Of a stretch of 64,000 bases of DNA, positions 25,697 to 35,912 are shown piece by piece. The stretch comes from a virus. Taxonomy: Duplodnaviria > Caudoviricetes. A model generated the notes under the pieces. It had not been told where the DNA came from, did not search any database, and saw nothing but the letters and a program-made list of their open reading frames with translations. Position 1 is the first letter of the stretch, and the number at the start of each line of letters is the position of its first letter. The stretch lies in IMG/VR virus record IMGVR_UViG_3300028833_000109, positions 1 through 64,000 of that record, one strand, 5' to 3'. The position numbers and the translations under genes were made by a program.

Positions 25697-26473
25697 ATGA
25701 ATAAGATTATCTATTTCACGGAAGGTACTGTTGCGCAACCGATGCGCTTCATAAGGGCTTACCGCAAAAAGAGCCTGTTTAAACGAGAGGAAATCCAGTT
25801 CTCGTACTTCGCGCACGAACTGGACATCGACGACGAGACGGCGCAACGCATCATCGAACTCGTCAAGAAACACTACCCCAAGGCAGAAGTCGGCTACGAC
25901 ACCGTTGAGAACTTCGGGGAAACGATGGCGAAGTACCGCTATTTCGCCGTGTCTATGTATGTCGATAACGGCAGTTTCTACGGATTCGACACCGGCATCA
26001 CATGGAAAGGCGAGAACGAGTGGACGACCGTAATCGAGGACGCGCAGTTGTACTACGACCACAAGAGCGCGGGAGAGAACGCGTCCATGATCGCCATGAA
26101 GACGGGTGCGAAAGTCACCGTGAGCGAGGTGTATGTGAATGAGGTCAACCCGCTCAGTGAGCAGGAGTTCGTCATCACATGCAAGAGCAGGAAGTCGGGC
26201 AGGACGCAGTTCTACGCGAGAACCGAGGGGACGAGAATCAGGCTCGTCAGGACATCGGACGCAGCCGCGAGGTTCCTGTTCGCCGACTCGCTCTCGATGT
26301 TCGATGAGCTCAAGGCCAAGAACAAGGCTTTCTTCTACACCGTGATGCCCTACATCCCCAACGTGAACTGCAACGAGTTGGAGCGGATGTACGAGGAGAA
26401 GAAGATTCCCGTCGCCATCAACGTGACGGATAAAATCAAGTGGATGGGAAGTGAGCGAAAAGGAAAGGATTGA
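25697..26473 (+). CDS. Hypothetical protein
   Basis: 258-aa ORF, strong codon bias. Confidence 0.7.
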   Translation: MNKIIYFTEGTVAQPMRFIRAYRKKSLFKREEIQFSYFAHELDIDDETAQRIIELVKKHYPKAEVGYDTVENFGETMAKYRYFAVSMYVDNGSFYGFDTGITWKGENEWTTVIEDAQLYYDHKSAGENASMIAMKTGAKVTVSEVYVNEVNPLSEQEFVITCKSRKSGRTQFYARTEGTRIRLVRTSDAAARFLFADSLSMFDELKAKNKAFFYTVMPYIPNVNCNELERMYEEKKIPVAINVTDKIKWMGSERKGKD

Positions 26474-27350
26474 GAAAATCCTCAATTTCAGGCAGCGCAA
26501 AGCCATCCGCAAAAAGAACAAAATCCTGTATTTCCACTGGATAGCAGACAAGTACCATTTGCCGTGGGTACGCTCGATGGTCGCCGCGTTCAAGGAAAAG
26601 GGCGAATATCCGTTCATCGCTTGCCGTGAACTCGCTTTGCGCTACACCGACAGCCGAGACAGGGAGATTGCCGCTTTCATGGGTTATGCCATCAGTCCGT
26701 GCGATGACTATTCGGTCATTGTCGATGCGATGGGCGAGATTGGTGAGCGTCCTTGGGAGTGGTTTGTCAACCGAGGGTTTGTGCGCTTGTCGGTGGGTGA
26801 CATGCAGGATGGAAAGACCTGCGGGCAAAGGAACTGGAAGATTGCGCAGATGTTCCATTCGCTGCACAAGTTGTTCAGTAACTCGGAGTGCGCAACGCTT
26901 GGTGAAGCGGTGTTGCTGACCTGCAAGCAGACCTTGACACCGCTTGACCAGCTCCTTGAAAAGATGTTTGAGGACTGTGGATTCAACAAGCACACCGACG
27001 ACGAACTGCACCAACTGATATTGGTTTTAAGCCACGCTGACGGCATCGGCTTGTCGTTGTGGGCGGTTAGTCAACCCGACGTGAGATGTCCTCTCACAAG
27101 GGACGTGAAGGCTTTTTTGGGGTATTGGTGGCCGAAGTGGAGGCCGACATTCACGCTTCAAGAGGTAATCGCGCAGTTCGGGATGCCAGAGAGCGACTTT
27201 TTCATCGCCTGCATCGCTTATGCGCGGTTAAGGGTTCAATTCCTGGGCGGTTGTTCTCGATATGAGCAGATATACAGCGGATGGTTTAACCGCGGCATCA
27301 CTCCGTGTCGAGAAATGATAATCAAGTATCAGCCAAAGATTGAGTTTTGA
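26451..27350 (+). CDS. Hypothetical protein
   Basis: 299-aa ORF, last gene of the rightward operon. Confidence 0.7.
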   Translation: MSEKERIEKILNFRQRKAIRKKNKILYFHWIADKYHLPWVRSMVAAFKEKGEYPFIACRELALRYTDSRDREIAAFMGYAISPCDDYSVIVDAMGEIGERPWEWFVNRGFVRLSVGDMQDGKTCGQRNWKIAQMFHSLHKLFSNSECATLGEAVLLTCKQTLTPLDQLLEKMFEDCGFNKHTDDELHQLILVLSHADGIGLSLWAVSQPDVRCPLTRDVKAFLGYWWPKWRPTFTLQEVIAQFGMPESDFFIACIAYARLRVQFLGGCSRYEQIYSGWFNRGITPCREMIIKYQPKIEF

Positions 27351-27373
27351 TTTTGTTTTGAGCCATAATTTGT

Positions 27374-27410
27374 GCGAGGGGTGGGCGTTGGCCTGTCCCT
27401 CGCTTTTTTT
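27374..27410 (+). terminator. Rho-independent terminator at convergent junction
   Basis: GCGAGGG..CCCTCGC stem + T7. Confidence 0.7.
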
Positions 27411-27414
27411 GCGT

Positions 27415-28251
27415 TTAGTCGCCGTTGAAGAAAGCCATTGCGTTGTCGCCGACATTCCTTGCGTCAATGCACAAATATCTACTCGTGGTGTTAACGCTTT
27501 GGTGGCCGACGATCTTTGAGATGACCGCAATGGGAACGTCACGGAGCGCAAGGTTTGACACCAGTGACCTCCTCGATGTGTGCAGCCCCACGAATTGCCA
27601 CTTGGGGCCTTTGCGCAACTTGCCGCCGACATACAACTGCGCCTCATCGTCAATGCCGATTTCTCGGCAAATGCGCTGTATTGCGGCGTTGAGCGCATTG
27701 GACTGGTGCGGTTTGCTCGGCTGCACGACAAGGTACTTGATGAGTTTGCGGTGCAACGGCTGGACTACCTCGGTCTTGGTCTTGACCGACACATAGGAGA
27801 TGTGGTCGCCGTGGATGATGTCGGGCGTGAACAGCTTGCAGTCGCTCGACCTCGCGCCAGTATAACAGCCGCGCATGAACAGGATTTTAGCGTCACGCTC
27901 GCAGTCGGTCTTTGGCTCGTACTGGTCGAAACGCTCGATTTCCTCCTCGGTCAGCGCGATGTGCTGTGACGGCACTTTCTTAGCCTTCAACTGGGCGGCA
28001 GGGTTCTTGCACGGCACGATGCCCTCATCGGCGTATTTGCCGAGGAAAGCCTTGATCACGGCGAGATACCAGCAGGCCGTGTTGGGGCTTACCTGAGAGC
28101 AGATGTGCTCTTTGACGCGGTTAAGGTTAAGCGTCGTGAGGTCTTGCCACTTCACTTCGGTCACGTTAAGCGCGTCGCGCATAGGTTTGAGGATAAACAC
28201 CTTTGTCGGATGTTCGCTCAAAAACTCGGTTTCAAATGATTTCACTTCCAT
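27415..28251 (-). CDS. Second tyrosine recombinase (no arm-binding domain)
   Basis: YTGARSSD, SVKT, HTSRRS, VGHQS..TTSRY. Confidence 0.88.
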   Translation of the reverse strand: MEVKSFETEFLSEHPTKVFILKPMRDALNVTEVKWQDLTTLNLNRVKEHICSQVSPNTACWYLAVIKAFLGKYADEGIVPCKNPAAQLKAKKVPSQHIALTEEEIERFDQYEPKTDCERDAKILFMRGCYTGARSSDCKLFTPDIIHGDHISYVSVKTKTEVVQPLHRKLIKYLVVQPSKPHQSNALNAAIQRICREIGIDDEAQLYVGGKLRKGPKWQFVGLHTSRRSLVSNLALRDVPIAVISKIVGHQSVNTTSRYLCIDARNVGDNAMAFFNGD

Positions 28252-28473
28252 AATCGTACTTATTAGATGTCCATTTTGTGAATTGTGACGCACCGATGAG
28301 CACCACCGTGTGCGCCGAAAAATTAACCAATAAAATCCAATTATGTTAGGATTTAGAAAGGGCGGCGCGGTTTCCCGATACCGCCCTCATTAACATTTTA
28401 AATAATTTGATTATGATTCACCCTCACGGGCTTCTTTTGTGTCCACAACCACTATTCGCGGTCATGGATTCCC

Positions 28474-28671
28474 TTAGATAAGTTCAATCTTAACATCAAG
28501 GGCTTTGGCAATCCTGTTAAGCACGTTAATGCTTATTGCATGTTTGCCACTCTCGATGCGAGATATGACCGACTGGTGCATCCCTGTTTCTTTTGCAAGT
28601 CGCACTTGGCTAATACCCTTTTCTTTTCTGATTTCGGCAATACGTTTGCCGATTCTTTCGTTTTCCGTCAT
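28474..28671 (-). CDS. XRE-family HTH regulator
   Basis: IRKEKGISQ..LA..TG......ISRIESG. Confidence 0.85.
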   Translation of the reverse strand: MTENERIGKRIAEIRKEKGISQVRLAKETGMHQSVISRIESGKHAISINVLNRIAKALDVKIELI

Positions 28672-28692
28672 GTGAATTTATTTTTTGATGCG

Positions 28693-28724
28693 CAAAAATA
28701 TATACAATATTTGATATTTCCAAA
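28693..28724 (-). promoter_or_regulatory. Bacteroidota promoter for the XRE gene
   Basis: Minus strand TTTG - 20 nt - TATTTTTG. Confidence 0.5.
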
Positions 28725-28745
28725 CACTGCATGTTAATAAATGTT

Positions 28746-28994
28746 TCAGTCGCAGCACCAGTCGGCGCATGGGATGCCGTACTTGTCGAGGTTCTCGACG
28801 AGTTTTCTCGACTCGATGAAAGCATCGGCGACTTTTTGCGGCTGGCCGAGGCCGTTGAGCCGATTAACCGCACCGCTAACGGATTCCTGCGAAATCCTCT
28901 TGTCCATAGCGAGCCGCAGGTAGAAACAGTCTTCCGTGACGCTATCGACATCAATGCGCAGGTCGTTGATTTTGTTCGCTTCTTGTTTTGTCAT
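28746..28994 (-). CDS. Hypothetical early protein
   Basis: ORF with conserved leader. Confidence 0.6.
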   Translation of the reverse strand: MTKQEANKINDLRIDVDSVTEDCFYLRLAMDKRISQESVSGAVNRLNGLGQPQKVADAFIESRKLVENLDKYGIPCADWCCD

Positions 28995-29053
28995 AATTGT
29001 TTTCGGTTAAAGTTAGTAGCGGTATGCCGAGCCGTTTGGCTCGACATGCCATT

Positions 29054-30400
29054 TCAAGAAGGGATGTAGGGAACGACATAGGGCATGATGATGTCGTCGA
29101 GTTCTTCCTTGTCGTGGACTTTGACGATGAACTTCTTCCTGCCGTACTGGTCGGTCTCCAGTTCCCAAACCCCAAGTTCCTGCAACACGACTTTCATTTT
29201 GTCCAATGCGTCAGTCTCAGGGATGTCGTACTCCGCGAACTCGCTGTACCTTGACATCTCGATAGCCCAGTGAAGCATGAACTCATGGACGGGATAGGTC
29301 GTCTTGACTTTCTTGCGCTCTGGCACCACCGACACGTTCTCGTAGTCGGAGTAACTGCCAGCGATTTCGTCGCATGTCGCTGCGACATCCTCGATTGACG
29401 TGTAAGCGCACTGCATCCGTGTCGTTTCAGCGCCAGCGAAGAAAAGCATGTCGCCGTTGCCGGTCAGCTTCTCCGCGCCCACCTGGTCGAGCACCACGCG
29501 GCTGTCAGTTCCCGTTGTGCATCTGAAAGCGATGCGTGTCGGGAAATTCGCCTTGATGTTGCCCGTTACGATGGTCGCCGACGGGCGTTGCGTCGAGATA
29601 ATCAAGTGGATGCCCACCGCTCTGGCTTTTTGCGCCAGTCGGCAAATAGCCCGCTCGATTGACTTGCCGCTCTGCATAATCAGGTCGCCGTACTCGTCGA
29701 TTACCACAACGATGTACGGCATCGGTTTGTCGGCGACTTCGTTATACTCCTTGATGTTGCGTTTTCCCGCCGCGCTCACGACGACGTAGCGTTGATCCAT
29801 GACACTGCACAGTTTGTGCAGTACTTTTGACGCTTTCGCTTCTTCCGTCACCACTGGCTCTGCGAGATATGAGCCGTTGAGTTTCTCGTACAGGCTCAGT
29901 TCGACACGTTTCGGGTCGATAAGCACCAGTTTCAGTTCATCGGGTGTTTTCTTGTGCAGCAGTGACATGAGCATCACGTTCAAGCCCACCGACTTACCTT
30001 GGCCAGTCGCGCCAGCCACAAGCAGGTGCGGTGCGTCAGCCAAGTCAGTGATGAATGTCTTGCCCGTGATGGTCTTGCCGATAGCCAGAGGCAGCGTCGC
30101 TTCGGTCGTAAGAAATTCCTGCGAGTTGAGGATTTCTTTCAGTCCGAGGATTTGTTTTACCTTGTGCGGCACTTCGATGCCTACTGTTCCGCGCCCAGGG
30201 ATAGGCGCGATGATGCGCACGCTCTTTGCTTCGAGAGCGATGGCGAACTCGTCCTTGAGGTTGCGGATTTTAGACAGTCTTGTGCCTGCTTTCGGTTTGA
30301 ACTCGTAAAGGCTCACTGTGGGGCCTTCCGTCACCTGCATGTCAGTATAGCCGATTTTGAATGAATCCAGCACTTGTGCAATCAGTTTGATGTTATCCAT
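29054..30400 (-). CDS. FtsK/SpoIIIE-like DNA translocase ATPase (no membrane domain)
   Basis: PHLLVAGATGQGKSV, IDPKRVEL, VVVIDE, AQKARAVGIHLIISTQRP, GAEKL.G.GDML. Confidence 0.92.
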   Translation of the reverse strand: MDNIKLIAQVLDSFKIGYTDMQVTEGPTVSLYEFKPKAGTRLSKIRNLKDEFAIALEAKSVRIIAPIPGRGTVGIEVPHKVKQILGLKEILNSQEFLTTEATLPLAIGKTITGKTFITDLADAPHLLVAGATGQGKSVGLNVMLMSLLHKKTPDELKLVLIDPKRVELSLYEKLNGSYLAEPVVTEEAKASKVLHKLCSVMDQRYVVVSAAGKRNIKEYNEVADKPMPYIVVVIDEYGDLIMQSGKSIERAICRLAQKARAVGIHLIISTQRPSATIVTGNIKANFPTRIAFRCTTGTDSRVVLDQVGAEKLTGNGDMLFFAGAETTRMQCAYTSIEDVAATCDEIAGSYSDYENVSVVPERKKVKTTYPVHEFMLHWAIEMSRYSEFAEYDIPETDALDKMKVVLQELGVWELETDQYGRKKFIVKVHDKEELDDIIMPYVVPYIPS

Positions 30401-30534
30401 AATGTTTTGAATTTAATAGGTTAATAAATGGTTGGCGGCACAGTGTTACCCATACCGCCCGTGTTTAGAACATCAAACCAGCGGGTCTTCGCAGATATGC
30501 TGGCTACTTATTAACAATCAATATATGAGTAGCG

Positions 30535-30566
30535 CAAAGGTACGGATTTCTCCGCACCGATGCAAA
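30535..30566 (-). promoter_or_regulatory. Bacteroidota promoter upstream of the FtsK-like gene
   Basis: Minus strand TTTG - 20 nt - TACCTTTG. Confidence 0.55.
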
Positions 30567-30576
30567 TTTTTCATCA

Positions 30577-30861
30577 TTAGATTTCAAGACCGATGAACCT
30601 GCTGATTTTTGCCAGCATTTGTTTTGTCGTGTACTTCTTTTGGATGTTACCCACGACTTGCCAGTGCTCATCGTCATAGGAGTACTTGACAAAACCCTTT
30701 GAGTGGACTTTGTTCTTGCCGTTGTTGTGGTTGTGCGCCCAAATGTGTACGCAACCGCTATTGATGCTCAAGTCCAGAGTGATGCCCTCGTAGTAGTTTT
30801 CGTACAGGTGCATTTGCGCTCCTTGTATGCGCAGGATTGTTTCTTTTGTCTCTTGTTCCAT
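30577..30861 (-). CDS. Hypothetical early protein
   Basis: ORF with conserved leader. Confidence 0.65.
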   Translation of the reverse strand: MEQETKETILRIQGAQMHLYENYYEGITLDLSINSGCVHIWAHNHNNGKNKVHSKGFVKYSYDDEHWQVVGNIQKKYTTKQMLAKISRFIGLEI

Positions 30862-30931
30862 AATTGTTGTGTTTTAAGTTAGTAATGCGAATTGCAACCC
30901 GCCGCAAGGTTTGTCACGGCAGGCTTTTGGA

Positions 30932-31306
30932 TTAGCATACAATTTCGTTGAGATGTGTTTCTGGATATGCCCACAAAAGGCTGTCAAAGAAAGCCTCGAC
31001 ATCGAGCGGGTCGCCGTCGCAGTCGGTTTCTCCCTCAATAAGCGACTCAAGGTCTTTTCTTGTGTACCCTTTAATCGGCAAAAACTCTTCTCCGTCAATG
31101 CAGAGAATGTTGTCGGGGAACGCCTTTGATGCTTCGACAAATGCGTATTCTGGAATATAGCACACTTCGTCTGGATTTTCCTTGAAAGCCTTTTCGCTCT
31201 TGTAGATAAATCCGTCGGTGCAGCAATCGCAGTTATAGTCTGCCGAATAGTAGTTCTCTCCCTCAATCGTGATTTTCTTACCTACTTGTAAATACTCTTG
31301 TGCCAT
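30932..31306 (-). CDS. Hypothetical early protein
   Basis: Acidic ORF, VCYIPEY..W.YPET. Confidence 0.65.
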   Translation of the reverse strand: MAQEYLQVGKKITIEGENYYSADYNCDCCTDGFIYKSEKAFKENPDEVCYIPEYAFVEASKAFPDNILCIDGEEFLPIKGYTRKDLESLIEGETDCDGDPLDVEAFFDSLLWAYPETHLNEIVC

Positions 31307-31374
31307 AATCTTCAAATTTTAAGTTAGTAAAAGTTAGTAGTCAAGCACAGGCCGTCAAGCCTGCGCCCGATAGA

Positions 31375-31695
31375 TTATGCGACATAGTAGTCGTAAAGAG
31401 CCTGCGCCATGATGTCTGCCGCATTGTTGGGCAGGTCGAAGATGCGCTCATCGTTTCCGTGAACCGAACACACGTCACTCTCAACGCACATTTTTTCCGT
31501 CTCGATAAAATCCTTGCACATGTCACGCACCTCTTCAAGCGTTGTGAATGGTTCGGGTTCATCAAGCGGCTGTCCGTTGGTGTCGGTTTCGTAGCACAGC
31601 GATTCTTCGGGGTCTTCCATTGAGAGCAGGATGTCCCCATCTTTGTTGACCAAGTGCCATTCGTAGTAAGCAGGCACAAATTGATAATTCTCCAT
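31375..31695 (-). CDS. Hypothetical early protein
   Basis: Acidic ORF with leader. Confidence 0.65.
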   Translation of the reverse strand: MENYQFVPAYYEWHLVNKDGDILLSMEDPEESLCYETDTNGQPLDEPEPFTTLEEVRDMCKDFIETEKMCVESDVCSVHGNDERIFDLPNNAADIMAQALYDYYVA

Positions 31696-31766
31696 AATAA
31701 TTGAGTTTTAGGTTAATAAAGTGAATGGTCGCCAGTGGTGCGATTTCGGCACCACAAGCGAAAAGA

Positions 31767-32957
31767 TTAGGCACACTCGGCAAATGCGAGTACTTCGCGC
31801 TTCTCGACATCGAACGTAACGACATCGGACATCTTCGGCATGACTAACAGCCTGTCAAACCCGCTGTCCTCAATGAGCGTTCCGTGGTCTTTGTCAATGA
31901 TGCGGAAACCGATGGGCAGGATTTTCTTCACCGTGTCGGGATCATAACCCACGCCCTCGGTGCGGTCTGCAACCTTCGTCATGCGGAAAGATACCGACAT
32001 GCGGTTGACGCGCTTGTTGTACTCGTGTTTCTCACGATTCCAGTCAAGTTCGGTGATGTCGCAATAATCGAAATAGATGCGGTCAGAGCCTTCGTAAACC
32101 GAAACCGATACATAGTCAAGTTCGTTGCGCTTTTTGAGCTTAGAGAACCACTTCTGCGCGATTTTGCGGTCGTCTGCGTGGATTTCGTAGTAACGCAAAT
32201 CGTTTTGCGCGGGAATAACGATTCGCCAGTTGGGAAATTTCTGGTCAAGCTGGACGCTTTTCACGATTAAGTCGCCGACCTGCAAAGCGAGCGTGTCGAA
32301 TGTCTCGCCCTCGTTGCGGTTGCGTAACGTGAATTTCGCGTCTTGCTTTTTCTTGCGCATGGCGTCGCAGATGCGTTTCCAGTCCTCGGCTGTGACGATG
32401 GCGGTTGCCGTGTCGTTGCCTGACTGCAAAAGACTTGCATCGTCCTCGGTCATAACGGCGAGAACACGGGAGTTTGTCGCCGCAAACGTAACCGCTTGCG
32501 TCACTTTATCGTACTCGACAAGAACGTGGTTGAGTACAGGGTGTCCGTAATCGTCTTTCTTTTGCGTGAACTCGGCGAGACGTTTCGCGTCGAACTGCAT
32601 CGAGAACGATGCGATAATTTCGCGCTCGTCGTTGTCGGGCATCGTGAACGAATAACCCTTGCCGAATTTCTGCATGATGTCGAGTAGGTTTCTCACGTCG
32701 AACGAGCCTTTGAAATTTCCCACCTCGATTTTCTCGATGGGATAATCATCGGTATCGGCGTACATCTCGAACATGATGCGCAGGAACAGCGGATTGCCGT
32801 ACCTTGTCTCGGACTTGTTGAGGTCGTTGAAAGTGAGTGTCGGTTTATTTTCCGTTGCTTTGCGCAGTTCCTCGGTGCCTGATGCGGCGTTGAGATACTT
32901 GTCGGCGATTTCGCACAGTTTGGCATAGATTGCCTGATTCATTTCCTTGTTGTTCAT
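31767..32957 (-). CDS. Sliding-clamp (DnaN beta)-like protein
   Basis: PVLNHVLVE..AATNSRVLA, KFPNWRIVIP, C-terminal LLVMP. Confidence 0.55.
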   Translation of the reverse strand: MNNKEMNQAIYAKLCEIADKYLNAASGTEELRKATENKPTLTFNDLNKSETRYGNPLFLRIMFEMYADTDDYPIEKIEVGNFKGSFDVRNLLDIMQKFGKGYSFTMPDNDEREIIASFSMQFDAKRLAEFTQKKDDYGHPVLNHVLVEYDKVTQAVTFAATNSRVLAVMTEDDASLLQSGNDTATAIVTAEDWKRICDAMRKKKQDAKFTLRNRNEGETFDTLALQVGDLIVKSVQLDQKFPNWRIVIPAQNDLRYYEIHADDRKIAQKWFSKLKKRNELDYVSVSVYEGSDRIYFDYCDITELDWNREKHEYNKRVNRMSVSFRMTKVADRTEGVGYDPDTVKKILPIGFRIIDKDHGTLIEDSGFDRLLVMPKMSDVVTFDVEKREVLAFAECA

Positions 32958-33032
32958 AATTGAATTGGTTTAATTGGTTAATAAAAATTGGTTTGTTCCC
33001 ATGCGCCCGATTTTGAGCGCATGGGATAGTGA

Positions 33033-33485
33033 TTAGTAGTGGTAGTCGAGGATGCCGCCGATGTAGAACTTGTCGCCGGGCTTGTAGTTCTCGTAGATGT
33101 ACTGGCAGAAATAGCCGAAGTCCCAAAATTCCTCGCCGTTCATGCAGATTTTCACCGCCCATTTCTCGTGGGTTTTCTTCATTAAGTCCTTGAGATTATA
33201 GAACGAGAGCCAGTCGCTGAAATCGAGATTGTTTGCCATTTCGACGATTTTCATTTTCCAATCGTCCATAAAACCGCCCATCGGTCTTAGCGTTAATTCC
33301 CTGCCCTTGCGGGTGAAGATTTCCAAATCATCGAACCATGCGATGATTCCTTTTTCCGCTTCCTTTTCGATGTTTTGAATGTAGTCGGCGAAATTGCTGT
33401 ACTCTTCGGGAATGATGCTTTCCTCGTTGATGTAGTCGGCTCGTTTCTTTTTCTCGGTGCCGATTTCGATAATTTTTGCGTGCAT
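33033..33485 (-). CDS. Hypothetical early protein
   Basis: Ends YIGGILDYHY; leader present. Confidence 0.65.
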   Translation of the reverse strand: MHAKIIEIGTEKKKRADYINEESIIPEEYSNFADYIQNIEKEAEKGIIAWFDDLEIFTRKGRELTLRPMGGFMDDWKMKIVEMANNLDFSDWLSFYNLKDLMKKTHEKWAVKICMNGEEFWDFGYFCQYIYENYKPGDKFYIGGILDYHY

Positions 33486-33556
33486 AATTGTTGAATTTAA
33501 TTGGTTTAACAAAGTGAATAGCCAGCGACAACCCGCAAAGGATTGCCGCCGATAGA

Positions 33557-33835
33557 TTAGTCGTTGAACTCAATGCCCATAAATTCATCATCGTAGCCAA
33601 TCTTGACTGCGCCAAGTTCAAGGCTGTAGAGTTCTCCAATATCCATTTTGTACATCTCGCCAGTCGTGTTTTCTGGCCAATGAATGTCACAAACCTGCTT
33701 TCCGTTATAGAAACGCAGGAAACCATCATCGTCAAGAAGAAATTCAAGATGGCTTTTGCGCATCTTATCAATCAATTCTTCCATTTGCTCGATAAGTGCG
33801 TTTTGTTTTTTTGTCGGTTTTAATCTTGAGTCCAT
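33557..33835 (-). CDS. Hypothetical early protein
   Basis: ORF with leader. Confidence 0.6.
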   Translation of the reverse strand: MDSRLKPTKKQNALIEQMEELIDKMRKSHLEFLLDDDGFLRFYNGKQVCDIHWPENTTGEMYKMDIGELYSLELGAVKIGYDDEFMGIEFND

Positions 33836-33907
33836 AATTGTAGAATTAATTGGTTAAACTTGTGAAAATTTGCCAGCCAGCGGTTATTATGCCGCCAGCC
33901 GAAAAAG

Positions 33908-34252
33908 TCACTTGACAAGTTGCTTGTAATCTTCCTCGTCCAAATCCTCGTAGTACATCATGCCCATTTGTACGGCGCAGGCTTCCATTGTTTTCCACCA
34001 AAGGCCGTCAAGTTCCTCGTTGATGTCCTCGATTTCAAAGTTTGCGTCTTTCCAGTACTTTAATGTACCTTCGTAGTCAAATTCCCGACCGATTGCATCG
34101 GCGAGTTTCTGCATCTGGCTGTCAGACCAGTTGAACGCAATCATAGCACATGGGAGTCCTTCGTAAAGCGAACGCTCGATAGTGTGCCAGCGGCAATTTT
34201 CGGGAGTTCCAGGAATGATAAACTCTTTCTCAAGGTCGAATTTCTTGCTCAT
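33908..34252 (-). CDS. Hypothetical early protein
   Basis: ORF with leader. Confidence 0.65.
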   Translation of the reverse strand: MSKKFDLEKEFIIPGTPENCRWHTIERSLYEGLPCAMIAFNWSDSQMQKLADAIGREFDYEGTLKYWKDANFEIEDINEELDGLWWKTMEACAVQMGMMYYEDLDEEDYKQLVK

Positions 34253-34323
34253 AATCTAAAATTTTATTGGTTGATAAAAGTGAAAATTGCCAGCGGACAG
34301 GTATTGTCCTGCCCGCCGATAGA

Positions 34324-34554
34324 TTAGCCGAAAAGTTTCAGCAGGTCATAAGCGAGGAACCTTTTTGCGCTTTCTTCGCTTTGCCATTCTTTTTTCAGTT
34401 CTTCAAGAATGGGCTTGTAGTGCTGGTCGTAGTATGCGAAAAAATTCTGCCAGTCGGTAAAGCCACCAGGCTTGATGTCGCTGAAGTCGATAAATTCGCG
34501 CTCGTTTGTGATAACGGTCGGATTTTCCTCTGCAAGTTGTCTTAAAGTAGCCAT
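34324..34554 (-). CDS. Hypothetical early protein
   Basis: ORF in array. Confidence 0.6.
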   Translation of the reverse strand: MATLRQLAEENPTVITNEREFIDFSDIKPGGFTDWQNFFAYYDQHYKPILEELKKEWQSEESAKRFLAYDLLKLFG

Positions 34555-34566
34555 TGTCGTAAAGTT

Positions 34567-34830
34567 TTATAGTTCAACAAAAATTCCTTCGGTGATAACC
34601 TCGTCGCATGGATCGTCATTGTCAATCACTCGGACTGAAAGATTGTGCCACACTGGAACGCCGTTGCTCGGCTCGCCGTAGATGTCGTAAAGAAACCTCT
34701 CGTTATCACTGGTGCCTAAATCGCCAATCCAGTAGTCGTAACCGATTTCGATGATGCCGACAAGTTCGCGCGTGATTGTTTGCCCTTTGTAGGGAAATCG
34801 TACTTTTGTGCCGATGTTTGCTCTAATCAT
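34567..34830 (-). CDS. Hypothetical early protein
   Basis: ORF with leader. Confidence 0.6.
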   Translation of the reverse strand: MIRANIGTKVRFPYKGQTITRELVGIIEIGYDYWIGDLGTSDNERFLYDIYGEPSNGVPVWHNLSVRVIDNDDPCDEVITEGIFVEL

Positions 34831-34896
34831 AATCGTAAGTTTTTAGTTAGTAAAGTGAATAGTAAGCGGCAACCGATTGAGATTGCCGCCCAAAAA

Positions 34897-35178
34897 TTAG
34901 GACTCCTCGAAATAACATTGCTTGCACCATGTAGGCTTGTTCGCGCCGCTGCTCTCATAGTAAGCGATGTATCCGCGCATGTCCATAACTCGCTCGCCGT
35001 TTTCGTTGATGTGCCACATCATGTTGATTTCAAAATACGCTTCGCTGTCGCTGTCTTTTTCCTCGACAAGCCAGTAAGAGTAATTTTCATCTTCATAATT
35101 GCGGGCGAAATTGTCGGTATCAAGTTCGGTGAAAATTGTCAGTTTTCCGTTAATCGTTGTTGCGGTTTGTAGTTCCAT
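34897..35178 (-). CDS. Hypothetical early protein
   Basis: ORF with leader. Confidence 0.6.
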   Translation of the reverse strand: MELQTATTINGKLTIFTELDTDNFARNYEDENYSYWLVEEKDSDSEAYFEINMMWHINENGERVMDMRGYIAYYESSGANKPTWCKQCYFEES

Positions 35179-35245
35179 AATCTTGAAATTTTAATTGGTT
35201 AATAACTCGCGGACTGGCGACTGCAATAGTCGCCCGCCCAAAAAA

Positions 35246-35839
35246 TCAGTCCTCGAAATCGAGATTCACGCCAGCTTTCTCGCCGCACTGCAACAGGAAA
35301 TTTTCATCGTGACGCTCGACCTGAATGTCGTAGCCGATGTCACAATAACGCTTCGTGAAGTAGGGAAGTTCGGTTTTTGCTGTTTCTTCGCTGAACGAAT
35401 AGCCGTAACAGCGATACGCGCCCTTGCCAAAACGCCCGATGATGAAATACACCGCATCGTTTTTGTCGGGATCATAGTCGCGCAGGTTTTCCCAGTTGTC
35501 AACGATTTGACGACCGAGACATGCGATTTTCTCACCATCGGCAATTTCCTCGCTGATAAGTTTGCGGCCGTAAAATTTCGTGTCGCAATACTTCGTCGGC
35601 TTGTTGAGCGGATTGAGAGCGAGAACAGGATAACTGCCGCTTCGCAAAACGGAATTGCCGTACTTTGCCATTTTTTCGACTTCTTCTTTGAAGTAGTCGG
35701 GCGTGTTGTCCTGATAGTAGGTAATTTCGCGCGTCGGCTGAATGTGTGCCTGGAAATCTGGTTCAGGTTTGCGACCGCACTCAGTCCAAACACACAGCCC
35801 GTTGCCACGATAACCGAAATAGATTTTTTGCTTTTCCAT
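35246..35839 (-). CDS. Hypothetical early protein
   Basis: FGYRGNGLCVW..AHI...REITYY; leader present. Confidence 0.65.
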   Translation of the reverse strand: MEKQKIYFGYRGNGLCVWTECGRKPEPDFQAHIQPTREITYYQDNTPDYFKEEVEKMAKYGNSVLRSGSYPVLALNPLNKPTKYCDTKFYGRKLISEEIADGEKIACLGRQIVDNWENLRDYDPDKNDAVYFIIGRFGKGAYRCYGYSFSEETAKTELPYFTKRYCDIGYDIQVERHDENFLLQCGEKAGVNLDFED

Positions 35840-35912
35840 AATTCTGAATTTTATTAGTTAAACTTGTGTGAATAGCGCCACAATCCAGAGTTTTCCAGAT
35901 TGCAGCAATAGG

